Positions 29,508 to 38,952 of a stretch of DNA of 64,000 nt are shown here, piece by piece. Under the pieces are notes generated by a model. It worked only from the letters and a program-made list of their open reading frames with translations, was not told the origin of the DNA and made no database searches. Each line of letters starts with the position of its first letter. The first letter of the stretch is position 1. The translations under genes and the position numbers were made by a program. The DNA comes from Nitrososphaerota archaeon (GTDB lineage: Archaea > Thermoproteota > EX4484-205 > JAAOZP01). Location: contig JAAOZP010000012.1 in the NCBI GenBank assembly GCA_011605725.1, positions 64,001 through 128,000 on the forward strand. The letters run 5' to 3'.

Positions 29508-30185
29508 CTATTTTAAAACCATTTTAGCATCTACAACAGTCGCGCTAGTCTGATTCAAAACAACCGGGTTTGCATCTAAGCCAAGAATATGCTTCCCATA
29601 TTCCTCCCCTATTGCTGAAAACCTTAAAACCAGATTCACGAATGCGGCCTTGTTAACCCGTATATTCCTGAAGCCCTCCAGCAGTCCCCTGCCTTTCAAC
29701 TCGCTTATCATTTCAAGCACGTCCACCCTTGAAACGGGAACCACTCTGGTCGAAATATCCTTATAGATTTCAGTATATATTCCTCCGATTCCAATCATTA
29801 TACACATTCCGAAGTAATCGTCGTGAATCAGGCCGCAGATCATATCTACGTTTCCACTCACCATCTCCTCAACCAGCAGAGTTTCCCCTCCAAACTTCTC
29901 TCTGAAAACCTTGACGGAACGCTTGAGCTCAGACATACTCCTTATGTTCAGTAAAACTCCACCCACATCCGTCTTATGGATAAACCTGTTGGAAGAAACC
30001 TTAAGGACAACGGGGAATCGTAAAACTCCTGCTTTACTTAAATCCGAAATTTTCTCGACCACCACAAAACGGGGAACAGTTATTCCTTGGCTTTTCAGAA
30101 ACGGCTTAACCAGATGCTCCGGTATATTCTTGCTTCCGGTCTCGGAAGCATAGTTCAAAATCCTTTTAAAAAATTTCTCGCTCAT
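29508..30185 (-). CDS. acdB: ADP-forming acyl-CoA synthetase beta subunit (ATP-grasp)
   Basis: FPVVLKV.S....HKTDVGGV, LVEEM, GIGGIYTEIYKD, LDANPV...VVDA. Confidence 0.88.
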   Translation of the reverse strand: MSEKFFKRILNYASETGSKNIPEHLVKPFLKSQGITVPRFVVVEKISDLSKAGVLRFPVVLKVSSNRFIHKTDVGGVLLNIRSMSELKRSVKVFREKFGGETLLVEEMVSGNVDMICGLIHDDYFGMCIMIGIGGIYTEIYKDISTRVVPVSRVDVLEMISELKGRGLLEGFRNIRVNKAAFVNLVLRFSAIGEEYGKHILGLDANPVVLNQTSATVVDAKMVLK

Positions 30186-31681
30186 CCTGCTCCACTTCTG
30201 TTCTTCCCTATTTTTAATAAATACTTTCCCCTCTCGTAAAGAACACGGAGAGAGAGAACTGCACGCCTTATGTCTGGGAAAACAGGCATGCCTCTGGACT
30301 CAAGCATCCTTATCACCTCCTCTGAATGCAGCCCTCCGATGATGCATGGAACCATCGGTTTCTTACCGTTTTTAAACCACCACCATGCAATCTCAACCAG
30401 CCTGTCCGTAGTGTAAGGAGTTTGAAGCAGTAGAAAAGCAAGTATGCCGTCAGTATTCTCATCCTCGTTCACAATCCTGAAAACATGGTCAAACATCTCG
30501 TCAGTAACGTTCCCAGTAAGGTCGACGGGATTATTCACTGAAGCGAAGCTCGGCAGTTTTTCCCTAAGCCTCTTCTTCGAGTCATGAGAGAGTTCAGCCA
30601 TTCTCAACTCTCCCCCGACGTTTCTATCCTCAATGTAATCAGCCGCGATTACCCCATAGCCTCCACCTGACGTCACCACGACGATGTTTGGACCAAAAAT
30701 CGGCTTCTGGTAGGCAAGAATACGTGAATAGTCGAAGAGTTCCAGAAGATCATTCGCCCTGATCACCCCGACTTGCTTTAAGGCTCCATCCATAGCTTGA
30801 CTCGGCTTAGCCATAGAGCCGGTGTGCAACATAGCTGCCCTCGCACCCGTCTCGGTTCTTCCGGCTTTAAGTATCACTACAGGTTTGTAGGGAGTAATTT
30901 TCCTGCAAAGCTCGAGTAAGCGTCTCCCGTCTGCGAAGCTTTCAATATGCATGCATAACACCTTAGTTTTATCATCCTTGGAAAAGAATTCGAGCATATC
31001 GTTCTCGTTAACGTCCAGCTTGTTGCCCAGGCCGACGAAGGCGGAAATACCATATTGATGGTACTCAGCCATATCCATGAAGCCACTTGCAGAAGCCCCG
31101 CTTTGAGAGATGTAGGCTATTGGACCGTCAGGCGGCCTCCTAGACTTCTCCCTTAGTACAAACATCGTGTCCAGGCTTTCGCTAGGAACATAAACACCCA
31201 GCGTGTTTGGCCCAAGCAACACCATGTTTGTATTAGCGATCCTATTTTTAATCTCTTCCTCCAGTTTACGCCCCTCCTCCCCCGTTTCGCCGAAGCCTGC
31301 GGAGATAACTATAACCGCCTTAACGCTCTTTCTAATGCAATCATCAATCACGCTTGGAACACTTCTAGCAGGCACAGCAATGACCGCGAGATCAACATCC
31401 TCAGGAATATCGCTAACTCTCCCATATGCTTTCACACCGTCAATAGTCTCCTGCTTAATGTTGACAGGATATTTCCTACCGGGAAAACTCTGCAGGTAGC
31501 TCCACATTATCCCGCCTATTTTAAGCCTGTTTGAAGAAGCCCCGATTAAAGCAACGCTTCTAGGATGAATTAAATAGTTTAAGTTAGAATACCTCTCTTT
31601 TACACGCCTACGAGAGGACATTTCTAATCCGTAAGCCGGTTGAACCTGGCTTCGCCGACGCTTGCTGTAGCTCACACTCAA
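30182..31681 (-). CDS. acdA: ADP-forming acyl-CoA synthetase alpha subunit
   Basis: P.SVALIGAS, ISAGFGE, LGPNTLG, SQSGA, KAGRT..GARAA..HTGS (phospho-His), NPVDLTG. The start may be near 31621. Confidence 0.9.
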   Translation of the reverse strand: MSVSYSKRRRSQVQPAYGLEMSSRRRVKERYSNLNYLIHPRSVALIGASSNRLKIGGIMWSYLQSFPGRKYPVNIKQETIDGVKAYGRVSDIPEDVDLAVIAVPARSVPSVIDDCIRKSVKAVIVISAGFGETGEEGRKLEEEIKNRIANTNMVLLGPNTLGVYVPSESLDTMFVLREKSRRPPDGPIAYISQSGASASGFMDMAEYHQYGISAFVGLGNKLDVNENDMLEFFSKDDKTKVLCMHIESFADGRRLLELCRKITPYKPVVILKAGRTETGARAAMLHTGSMAKPSQAMDGALKQVGVIRANDLLELFDYSRILAYQKPIFGPNIVVVTSGGGYGVIAADYIEDRNVGGELRMAELSHDSKKRLREKLPSFASVNNPVDLTGNVTDEMFDHVFRIVNEDENTDGILAFLLLQTPYTTDRLVEIAWWWFKNGKKPMVPCIIGGLHSEEVIRMLESRGMPVFPDIRRAVLSLRVLYERGKYLLKIGKNRSGAG

Positions 31682-31804
31682 ACCTGTCCCACAGCATTCC
31701 TGAATCAGACTGTTGACCGGACATTGCTATACTGCTCCTCCGAGCGAGCTAGGGTTTTAACTTTTATAACTTTTACTTAGGACCGGAAGGAAGCATGTTC
31801 CATG

Positions 31805-32692
31805 CTATAGGTGTGACGCTATCTTGCTTAAAGAGGCTCTAGCATCCCTCAAGCCTAGTTCAAAAACTATTGGCCCGGTGAACCCAGTCTCCCTTAAGGC
31901 TTTGAAAAAGCCTTCAACATTAAGGTCTCCAGCCCCCAAGGGTAAATGATCCCTGACAACCAGCCTACCATTCTCGACCCGCCTGTAAGCATCGTGCAGA
32001 TGTATTTCTCCAAGCCTGCTTGAGCATTTTCTGAGAGCGTTTTCGACGCTTATCTCTCCAGAGTATCCGGCGAGAATATGGCCAGTATCTATGCAGATTG
32101 ACGTGTCAAATCTTTCAGCGATTTCAAGCGTTTTTGAAAACGGGAACTCTATCGACTCTAATGCTATTCTACGCGGCTTCACGCCAGCATCAGCCAAGTA
32201 TGAAACTATCTGCCCAATGCTTTTAGAAGCATTTAGAGCAAGCGTCTCGAAAAAGAGCTGCTTATAACCTGGGTTAATCCTCATCCTGTTAACCTCCGCA
32301 GCCAAAGGACCTGCTACGTGAAGAACATAAGCGAGCGGTTTAAGATCCTCCAGCACTGTAACGGGCTTAATGACCGCGCTGACCGAGGCTGCCCGAATAT
32401 CCTCAACCGGGGAGTCAAGCTCGATAGACCAGATGGGCAGGTGTGCGGAGAAAGTAATACCCTCCTCTCTCATGGAAACCCATTCATCCAGGTTCTTACT
32501 CGAGAATGAAGCTGGAAGAACATAGTAAAGATCGGCGCTGAGCTCAACATGCTTAAAACCGTTTTCAACAGTCTTCCTAACCAGCTTTGAATAGTCAAGG
32601 AACACTGAGCCATCTTCAAGCTCTAAACCTTCTAATACTCCCTCCAGCGAGAGAGCTGTAGCCCCAAGCCTTAAGCCAGCCTGGTTACCCAT
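31805..32692 (-). CDS. AP endonuclease 2-type TIM-barrel metalloenzyme (CbiR-like)
   Basis: SAHLP, YVLH, ALES, CIDTGH, EIHLHD, DHLPLG.G, VFE. The CbiR assignment is tentative. Confidence 0.6.
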   Translation of the reverse strand: MGNQAGLRLGATALSLEGVLEGLELEDGSVFLDYSKLVRKTVENGFKHVELSADLYYVLPASFSSKNLDEWVSMREEGITFSAHLPIWSIELDSPVEDIRAASVSAVIKPVTVLEDLKPLAYVLHVAGPLAAEVNRMRINPGYKQLFFETLALNASKSIGQIVSYLADAGVKPRRIALESIEFPFSKTLEIAERFDTSICIDTGHILAGYSGEISVENALRKCSSRLGEIHLHDAYRRVENGRLVVRDHLPLGAGDLNVEGFFKALRETGFTGPIVFELGLRDARASLSKIASHL

Positions 32693-32727
32693 GCTACCTC
32701 AACCAACTATATATGACGGTTATAAGA

Positions 32728-33033
32728 TTATATTATGGCCTCAGGCATCAAAACCACTCTACTAGTCTCGTTTAAAACGGTTGACTGAGCCTCATCCACC
32801 GGGACCACCCTTCCGTCCAACACTATCGTAAAGTCCTCTGAGAGTCTTTCTGTTTCCCCGGAGAAAACCCTTTCCTTAAACCTCTTCCCATATTTATCCG
32901 CCATTTTCTTAACCAGATCGTAAACAGTACTTCCTTCTTTCATATCGATAAGCGTCTCAGTAGACCCAACGATATCCCTAAACTGGCCTACGAGCTCCAC
33001 GCGAATCTTCATCACTCCGTTAACCTTAGGCAC
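32728..33033 (-). CDS. MoaD/ThiS/SAMP-like beta-grasp protein lacking the C-terminal GG
   Basis: KIRVEL.GQFRDIVG, TV.DLVK...KYG, IVLDGR, L.E...V.LMP; ends PEAII-stop. Confidence 0.7.
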   Translation of the reverse strand: MPKVNGVMKIRVELVGQFRDIVGSTETLIDMKEGSTVYDLVKKMADKYGKRFKERVFSGETERLSEDFTIVLDGRVVPVDEAQSTVLNETSRVVLMPEAII

Positions 33034-33463
33034 ACTGCTTTAAAATAAATGTTTTCATTTAAAGCTAGTTAGGCGCAATATTTCCGGCACATGGCTTGTC
33101 ACGCATACGTCTTTCCTGCGGGTTAAAATAGCGTTCATACCTATTAATGACATGGGGCCTGATCAACATTTTGGAGCCCACGCCAAGGAGGCTTGAACGA
33201 TAAATTTCCAGGAGGAGGTTGAACGCTACATTATGGCACTGCTTGAGGAAACCTCTCCGGAGAAGGCTTCATCACGCGAGAGAGTGGTGGACTGCCTGTA
33301 ACGCCGCCTTTAGCGGCTGCCGAAGCCTCGCTAACCAAGGAGTGAAATATGGAAAAAGTAGCAATGCTAAGGGTTTGAAGACATCCGTGGAACAATGAAG
33401 CACACCGGCGCGCGGGTTTTCATGAACTATACGCATAAAAACTTTGCTGAGAGCTTGAAATCC

Positions 33464-34162
33464 CTACAATAAGTCAACTAGCTCCTTTAGGCTAGATATT
33501 TTAAGGCACTGCTCGTCCCCATACCTTCCCGTCCTGTCAATAAGAATGGCGTTCATACCGGCTGAACGCGGACCCAGATAATCCTCCTCATACTTGTCTC
33601 CAACGTGTAGAATTTTTTCCAGCGGAGTCTTGGAAAGCCTGGATGCGACGCGAAATATTTCAGGACTAGGTTTCTCAAACCCGATGTCGCCTGAAGCAAT
33701 GAGCATGTCGAAATACTCTAAGAGACCTGCTTTTCTCAAGTATGTTGCTAGGTTCCTGCTGGAAGAAACGTTTGAAATAGTTATCAGCTGGAAACCACTG
33801 TTTTTAAGCTCCTTCAAAGTGTGTTCAGCATCTTCATAGGCCCGAAAGACTGCTTCAGTCAACCAGTAGTCGCGCAAATGCTCAGCAAGACCCTGGTTAG
33901 GGATGGAAAGGTTTGAAACCATTTTTCGAAGCAGCCTAATCCAAGCATTTTCATTCCAGACTTCTCTAGTCATTGCTTTCTCCTGGCTCCACCATAAGCG
34001 AGCATCCTTCAAAGCCTCCTCAACCTCAACCGGTTTAAACTGATACCCTAGCTTGAGCAGAATCCTGTGGAAAACCATGTGGTCCTCTTCAGCCTCATAA
34101 TAGAGGGTTCCACCGCAGTCGAAAGAAACCGTTCTAACTATATTTTTAAACAATAACCGCAT
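33464..34162 (-). CDS. HAD-superfamily hydrolase
   Basis: FDCGGTL, ISN, EKPSPEIF, HVGD...D. Confidence 0.88.
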   Translation of the reverse strand: MRLLFKNIVRTVSFDCGGTLYYEAEEDHMVFHRILLKLGYQFKPVEVEEALKDARLWWSQEKAMTREVWNENAWIRLLRKMVSNLSIPNQGLAEHLRDYWLTEAVFRAYEDAEHTLKELKNSGFQLITISNVSSSRNLATYLRKAGLLEYFDMLIASGDIGFEKPSPEIFRVASRLSKTPLEKILHVGDKYEEDYLGPRSAGMNAILIDRTGRYGDEQCLKISSLKELVDLL

Positions 34163-34180
34163 CTCACGATGCTTGACGAC

Positions 34181-34618
34181 TCAACTTTTCCCCTTCCACC
34201 ACTGGAACAGCTTTTTACTAAGCTCATGTATCTTCCTAGCGCTATCTATTGCTTTCTCAGCATCCTCCCTGGAATATAGCTCCCTAGGCGGGATGAAGGC
34301 ATTCTCATCCCCGTAGAAAGCCGGACCCCTTTCTCCGGCAAGCCTTTTACTCGCAATACTGATTGTTTCCAGTTCAAATCTAAACCAGTCTGGAAGAACT
34401 CTTATGCGAGCGATTTCAGCCAATGCATCGCTGACATCGTGCTCGCGTGGATACTCTACGCCAAGTAGTCTGAGAACAGCCTTCAGGCTTAGTTCAACGC
34501 TTTCCTGCGCCCTCCTAACAGTTCTGTGATACATCTTTTTGGCTAAGGCTTCTTCAGCCTCGTAGAGGGAATACTCAGCATCGTCAAGATAGCCTCTAGC
34601 CATAGCCTCGGTGTTCAA
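34181..34618 (-). CDS. HEPN domain protein (MNT-HEPN toxin)
   Basis: AQESVELSLKA.L...G.EYPREHDV, FYGDE, EDAEKA. Confidence 0.85.
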   Translation of the reverse strand: MNTEAMARGYLDDAEYSLYEAEEALAKKMYHRTVRRAQESVELSLKAVLRLLGVEYPREHDVSDALAEIARIRVLPDWFRFELETISIASKRLAGERGPAFYGDENAFIPPRELYSREDAEKAIDSARKIHELSKKLFQWWKGKS

Positions 34619-35154
34619 ATCTCAACGACCTCGCCAGGTTTTATATCGGGTTTCAGATCCCAGAGCCACGTTCCATTCTTAAGGTAAATGCGTCTAGCTT
34701 TGAGTTCATCCAGCCTTTTCCTAAGGTTGGTGAAAATCGATTCCATAAAGCCATCTTTGTCAACCAAGATAACGGCATCCTCAACCATATCCAAGTATAT
34801 TGGCCTATGGAACTTTGCCTCCTCCGGAGTAAGAGGGTAAAATTGCACCCATGTGTTAACACCCTTCTTTCCAAGCTCTTTATACACCGGGGTTTCTCTA
34901 AGCTTAATCAGGATCCTAGCCATAATCTCCATTTTTTCACTAATCCTTTTAGGAAGATTCTCTGCCACAAGGAGGATATCTGTGTCGCTAGTCGGCTTAG
35001 CGTCTCCCCTGGCTACGGAACCAAAGACAACTAGGCTCACCAGTTTTTCTTTAAAAAAATCATTAAGAAGATTAATAATTTCTTTAATGAATTCTCTTCT
35101 ATCCGGATCTATTATACTGGTTAATCCATATCTTGGCTTCATCGATCCTTGCAT
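34615..35154 (-). CDS. Minimal nucleotidyltransferase (MNT antitoxin)
   Basis: VFGSVARGD....SDTDILLV; overlaps the HEPN start. Confidence 0.87.
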   Translation of the reverse strand: MQGSMKPRYGLTSIIDPDRREFIKEIINLLNDFFKEKLVSLVVFGSVARGDAKPTSDTDILLVAENLPKRISEKMEIMARILIKLRETPVYKELGKKGVNTWVQFYPLTPEEAKFHRPIYLDMVEDAVILVDKDGFMESIFTNLRKRLDELKARRIYLKNGTWLWDLKPDIKPGEVVEI

Positions 35155-35315
35155 TTTGAAATATCTTGACTCATTACACTTTATATACTTTTAGCATCTG
35201 AGTAGAAAAACGTAAGCATTAATACGAGATGGTCAGGTCAACATTAGCGTACTAAACAGATGGTAACCATAGTAAAGTTAATATCGCCAGAAAAAATCCT
35301 TCGGCAATATGAACT

Positions 35316-35324
35316 AGCGCGCGC
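35316..35324. repeat. AGCGCGCGC tract at the 3' truncation of a membrane-protein remnant
   Basis: Read directly. Confidence 0.8.
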
Positions 35325-35760
35325 CCATAATCATGAAGGAGAACACCATCACCGTCAGAGAGCCGTTATAAGCAACAGGGAGACTTTCCCGCCGAAACCC
35401 TTCCGGAGCAGGAAAACCCAGAAAACAACGTAAAGTGCTGAACCTGCAGCAGACTGTATGGGGAACAGGCCTAGAAGATTCAGATACAGCCATGCGAGGA
35501 GAAACAGTAAGCATAAGGCGTCTGCCTGAAGCTTCCCACGGTTTTTAAAAATCTGAACAATAATGGTTGTCCTGCTGCAGAATGTTGAGCCGATAAGGTA
35601 GGAAACCATGCTGAAGAAGAGGAGGCCCCAAAGCCATATATCAGGGTAAGTGAACTTCGAATAAGGGATGTGGAGGATAAGCACCACATAGGGTGCGGCG
35701 TAGAATGATACTAGCGTCAGCGAAAAAATCGCCTTATGGTTTACGAATATTCAGACGCTT
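35325..35760 (-). pseudogene. Frameshifted, truncated polytopic membrane protein remnant
   Basis: Successive hydrophobic segments in one frame (AIFSLTLVSFYAAPYVVLIL..LLITAL) continue after a shift (TVMVFSFMIMG) and end at the (GC)4 tract. Boundaries are approximate. Confidence 0.45.
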
Positions 35761-35902
35761 TCAAGCCGTGATGCATCCTTAGGCTGGCCTTATTAACTTA
35801 GCCTGGTTATTATTGATCCATGGGAAACTAGGCCTTAACCAGTTATTTGAAGCGCGTCTTTGAAAGGAAGTCGATAATTTCATTAAGAATGAGCAAATGC
35901 GC

Positions 35903-36433
35903 TTAACTAATGCTGGCAACCTCTGGTGGGTGAGCTAAGCTGGAAGTCGAATACTTTTGCTTTCTCCACGGGTTCTTATAAATCTCTATGACCTCCGATA
36001 TTACGTTTGGCAACTCCTCTGGCCTACCGACGCCGACCCCGGGGCATATGAAAGCATATTGATTAAAGTAAACATAGTATGTCTCACCCTTATAGTAAAA
36101 CTCAGCCTCACCGCAGCTTACGGATTTTGGCTTCCTGTAAACCAGGAAGGGCCATACCTTACAAGAAAACGGTTTTAGGCCCAGCTCATGCAGACTGCAC
36201 AACCCGTATTCGTCCAGAAAGACACATCTCCCACCAATTTTTCTCAAGTATGGCTTCACATCAACAACCACGGCCTCCGGCATTAGCTCAAAAATTTTCG
36301 CATACTCGTAGGGGCTGAGGGTCACTTTAAACTTCGTGCAACACTCTCCACACCTGAGACAGGCCCAGGACCCCACTCTTCTCCAAGGTATTTCCCCAAC
36401 CATTTTTTTCCCTACCAGGTGGCAGTAATGCAT
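35903..36433 (-). CDS. YkgJ family Cys-cluster (CxxCxxCC) protein
   Basis: CLRCGECC, RCVFL..GLCSLH..KPFSCKVWPF, CPGVG. Confidence 0.82.
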   Translation of the reverse strand: MHYCHLVGKKMVGEIPWRRVGSWACLRCGECCTKFKVTLSPYEYAKIFELMPEAVVVDVKPYLRKIGGRCVFLDEYGLCSLHELGLKPFSCKVWPFLVYRKPKSVSCGEAEFYYKGETYYVYFNQYAFICPGVGVGRPEELPNVISEVIEIYKNPWRKQKYSTSSLAHPPEVASIS

Positions 36434-36591
36434 TTAAATTTGGAACAGAGATATAAAATTTTAAAGTGTGCGCAGCGAATTCTTAGACGTAAATTATTAA
36501 TTAACTTTAGAATGTGGCGACTCTGCCGATAACAACCCAGTTAGAAGAGCACGTGCACGGTGTTTAGAGCAACCCACAGCTCTGAGCCTCC

Positions 36592-37599
36592 TCAGAGATC
36601 CGTGTAATCAAGCACTACTGGGAGCCCGGGTAGGACCGGTATTCTAGTTAGGCTGCTCGCCATCCTCCAGGCTTCTATGCTCCACTTACGATGCGCAGGG
36701 GTTTCCGAACCCTTATCTTTTATTGAGAAGGCTTTCGCGAGCATTGGTGATGATGCTATGATTGATGAGACTATTCCGCCTAAGAGGCCCAGCGGATTAT
36801 TCAGAAAGAATGTTGCTAAAAGCCCAGTTAGCAAGCCTACTGCGGCGAGGGCTGCTGAGGCGGTTAGCATTGTTGCCCGTGACCTAGTGCTTAACGGGTA
36901 CTCGACAAAGAGGACCCTGCCCCCGGCCGCGTCCAGGAGAATCCTGTACGGCTTACCCTTGTAAGCGTACTCCATTAGCCAGAACGGGTAGTGGACTAGC
37001 CCAAGATAGTTAACTTCAACCCTCTCAAGCCTCTTTGAGCCTCCGCAGCTCCTGCTAGCTTCATCCATAGCCTGCCCAGATATTAACCGGTACGCGATAT
37101 TATAGGCTTCCTCGTAGCTCAAGGTAGGCATGTAGAACCTGCTTCTCTGGGCTTGACTCGGGTTGAAGAAGCTTCTCCCCCTCACCGAGAACGAGAGTTC
37201 CTTGGCATGGTTGTCGAGCCAGGTGCCTGTGTACGCTGCCAGAATAGGCGTGTTCCGCGTCTCAAGGTAGCTGGCCTGCCTGTCGCCGTAGGAGCAGGAG
37301 GAGTATGCCTTGCAGCTGAAAACATGATAGGGAACGTTGTAGAGCTCAGCTTTGCGAAGATTAGCCTCAGCGTTGAAATCGTCAGGTACGCCGTACCTCC
37401 TGGTTATGAACTGCATTGCTTTACGCCAGGCTGACGGGCTCTCCACGTAGGCTGGAAACATGTAGTATGTCCAGGTCTTCCCGGTTGAAAGCTCGAAGGT
37501 GTGGCCGCAGTAGGGGCAGACGATTATTGAGGCTGATTGCGGCGCGTTTATAGAAGCGTTGCAGTTTAGGCACGTGACTGTCTTCATGCTCACTTCCAC
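36592..37599 (-). CDS. Zinc-ribbon membrane protein (YdjG-like)
   Basis: CLNCNA..CPYCG, LYNVPY, LVHYPFW..EY.YKGK.Y, two C-terminal TM helices. The start may be 37587. Confidence 0.65.
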   Translation of the reverse strand: MEVSMKTVTCLNCNASINAPQSASIIVCPYCGHTFELSTGKTWTYYMFPAYVESPSAWRKAMQFITRRYGVPDDFNAEANLRKAELYNVPYHVFSCKAYSSCSYGDRQASYLETRNTPILAAYTGTWLDNHAKELSFSVRGRSFFNPSQAQRSRFYMPTLSYEEAYNIAYRLISGQAMDEASRSCGGSKRLERVEVNYLGLVHYPFWLMEYAYKGKPYRILLDAAGGRVLFVEYPLSTRSRATMLTASAALAAVGLLTGLLATFFLNNPLGLLGGIVSSIIASSPMLAKAFSIKDKGSETPAHRKWSIEAWRMASSLTRIPVLPGLPVVLDYTDL

Positions 37600-38552
37600 T
37601 TCTCCTCCCTAACGTCGCTAACAGCCTTACTCGCCAGGAGGGCTCCGGCTGCTGAAACAAGTATGAAGCCGAGTACTGGAAACCATTCTCTGAAAGACGG
37701 CAGGAGGGCCAGTATGAAGGCGCCTGCCGCAACTGACAGGATGCTTCCGAGTATGTACAGTATTCTCTGGCCTAGGAAGACTGGTTCCGAAACCCTTAGG
37801 AATTGAAGGTTGTAGCCTGAGACGCTTGCCCTATACATTCCACCCTTATACTTGTATACGAGGCTCCACATCGGAGCCAGCAGTATCCAGAGCGAGTTCA
37901 CCCTGGCCTCGCAGGAATAATAGTAGAAGCCGTCTAAGCCGTTGGATGAGCGTGTGCTTTCCCTCAGCTCGTCCTCAACCATGTCCTTAAGCTCGTCCTC
38001 AGCCTCCTCAGGGAGAAGCTCAGCGTTTAAAACCTGTAGCCCAACGTTCCTCCAGTCTACCGCAGCTAGGGGTTGAGGGTCTTTAGCGGACTTCGCCTGG
38101 CTCACAAGCTCCTCCAAGCCGTACTCAGCAGCCTCCCTCCTAGCCGTGAAGGCGAGCCTCATCGAAGTGTTGAAAGACCCTTTCTTCGTCACGGTCCTGG
38201 TGACGAACGATTTACCCCTTTTCTCAGTAACCCTCCGGAAACCGGACCACTCGACGAAAGCGGAAACATCCCCCATGAGAATCGGCACGTAGAAGCCCTG
38301 AGCCTCGACAAGCTCAATGTCGCCGTAGACCCTGCTCATATCCGGGTCGCTCCTCATCCTGCTCCAGAAGGCGTTCACCACCTCATCCCTTGTCCGAGTC
38401 GGCAGTATGAATATTTCAAACCTCCCTGTTGAGAACCAGTTAACCGTCCCACAGTATTCGCACACGCATGCTATTGTCTCAGGAGTGTAATTCAAGGGAG
38501 CACCGCAGTTTGAGCATTTGAAGACCTTTTCAGATATGGTTGACTCTGTCAA
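37590..38552 (-). CDS. Zinc-ribbon membrane protein (YdjG-like), paralog of 36592-37599
   Basis: CSNCGA..CEYCG, FYVP, LAPMW..YKYKG..Y, two C-terminal TM helices. Confidence 0.65.
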   Translation of the reverse strand: MTESTISEKVFKCSNCGAPLNYTPETIACVCEYCGTVNWFSTGRFEIFILPTRTRDEVVNAFWSRMRSDPDMSRVYGDIELVEAQGFYVPILMGDVSAFVEWSGFRRVTEKRGKSFVTRTVTKKGSFNTSMRLAFTARREAAEYGLEELVSQAKSAKDPQPLAAVDWRNVGLQVLNAELLPEEAEDELKDMVEDELRESTRSSNGLDGFYYYSCEARVNSLWILLAPMWSLVYKYKGGMYRASVSGYNLQFLRVSEPVFLGQRILYILGSILSVAAGAFILALLPSFREWFPVLGFILVSAAGALLASKAVSDVREEKWK

Positions 38553-38875
38553 CGCCTACCAATCCTTGAAACCATTACCCCGACCACGACGATTATTATG
38601 AGGGATATGCTCAGGTTCAGCGGCAGGTTTCCGGTGAGAAGTGTTAGTAAGAGTGAGAAACCGAGGCAGCACATCACTAGTCCCCAAATAAGGTAATACT
38701 TAAAGTCGGCAGCGTAAATCGAGAAGAAAATAGTGTAGAACCCAAGCATGATGAGCGGCAGTGAAACTAGAGTAAGCGGTTCACCGTAGCCTGTTGAAAA
38801 CAGTATGCCGTCTACGCCTATTGAGACTAGCAGGACAGCCAGCGCGTAGCTCCCATACCCGGCTTTTCTACTCAT
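38549..38875 (-). CDS. Small four-TM membrane protein
   Basis: Four hydrophobic segments. Start taken at MSRKAG, downstream of a TATA-like sequence. Overlaps the next gene. Confidence 0.6.
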   Translation of the reverse strand: MSRKAGYGSYALAVLLVSIGVDGILFSTGYGEPLTLVSLPLIMLGFYTIFFSIYAADFKYYLIWGLVMCCLGFSLLLTLLTGNLPLNLSISLIIIVVVGVMVSRIGRR

Positions 38876-38952
38876 CTCATTAGCCTCACAACCACAAGGC
38901 GAGCTTTGAATATATAACTTTTCCCTCATCTTCGTCAAGGATTGAAGGGACA

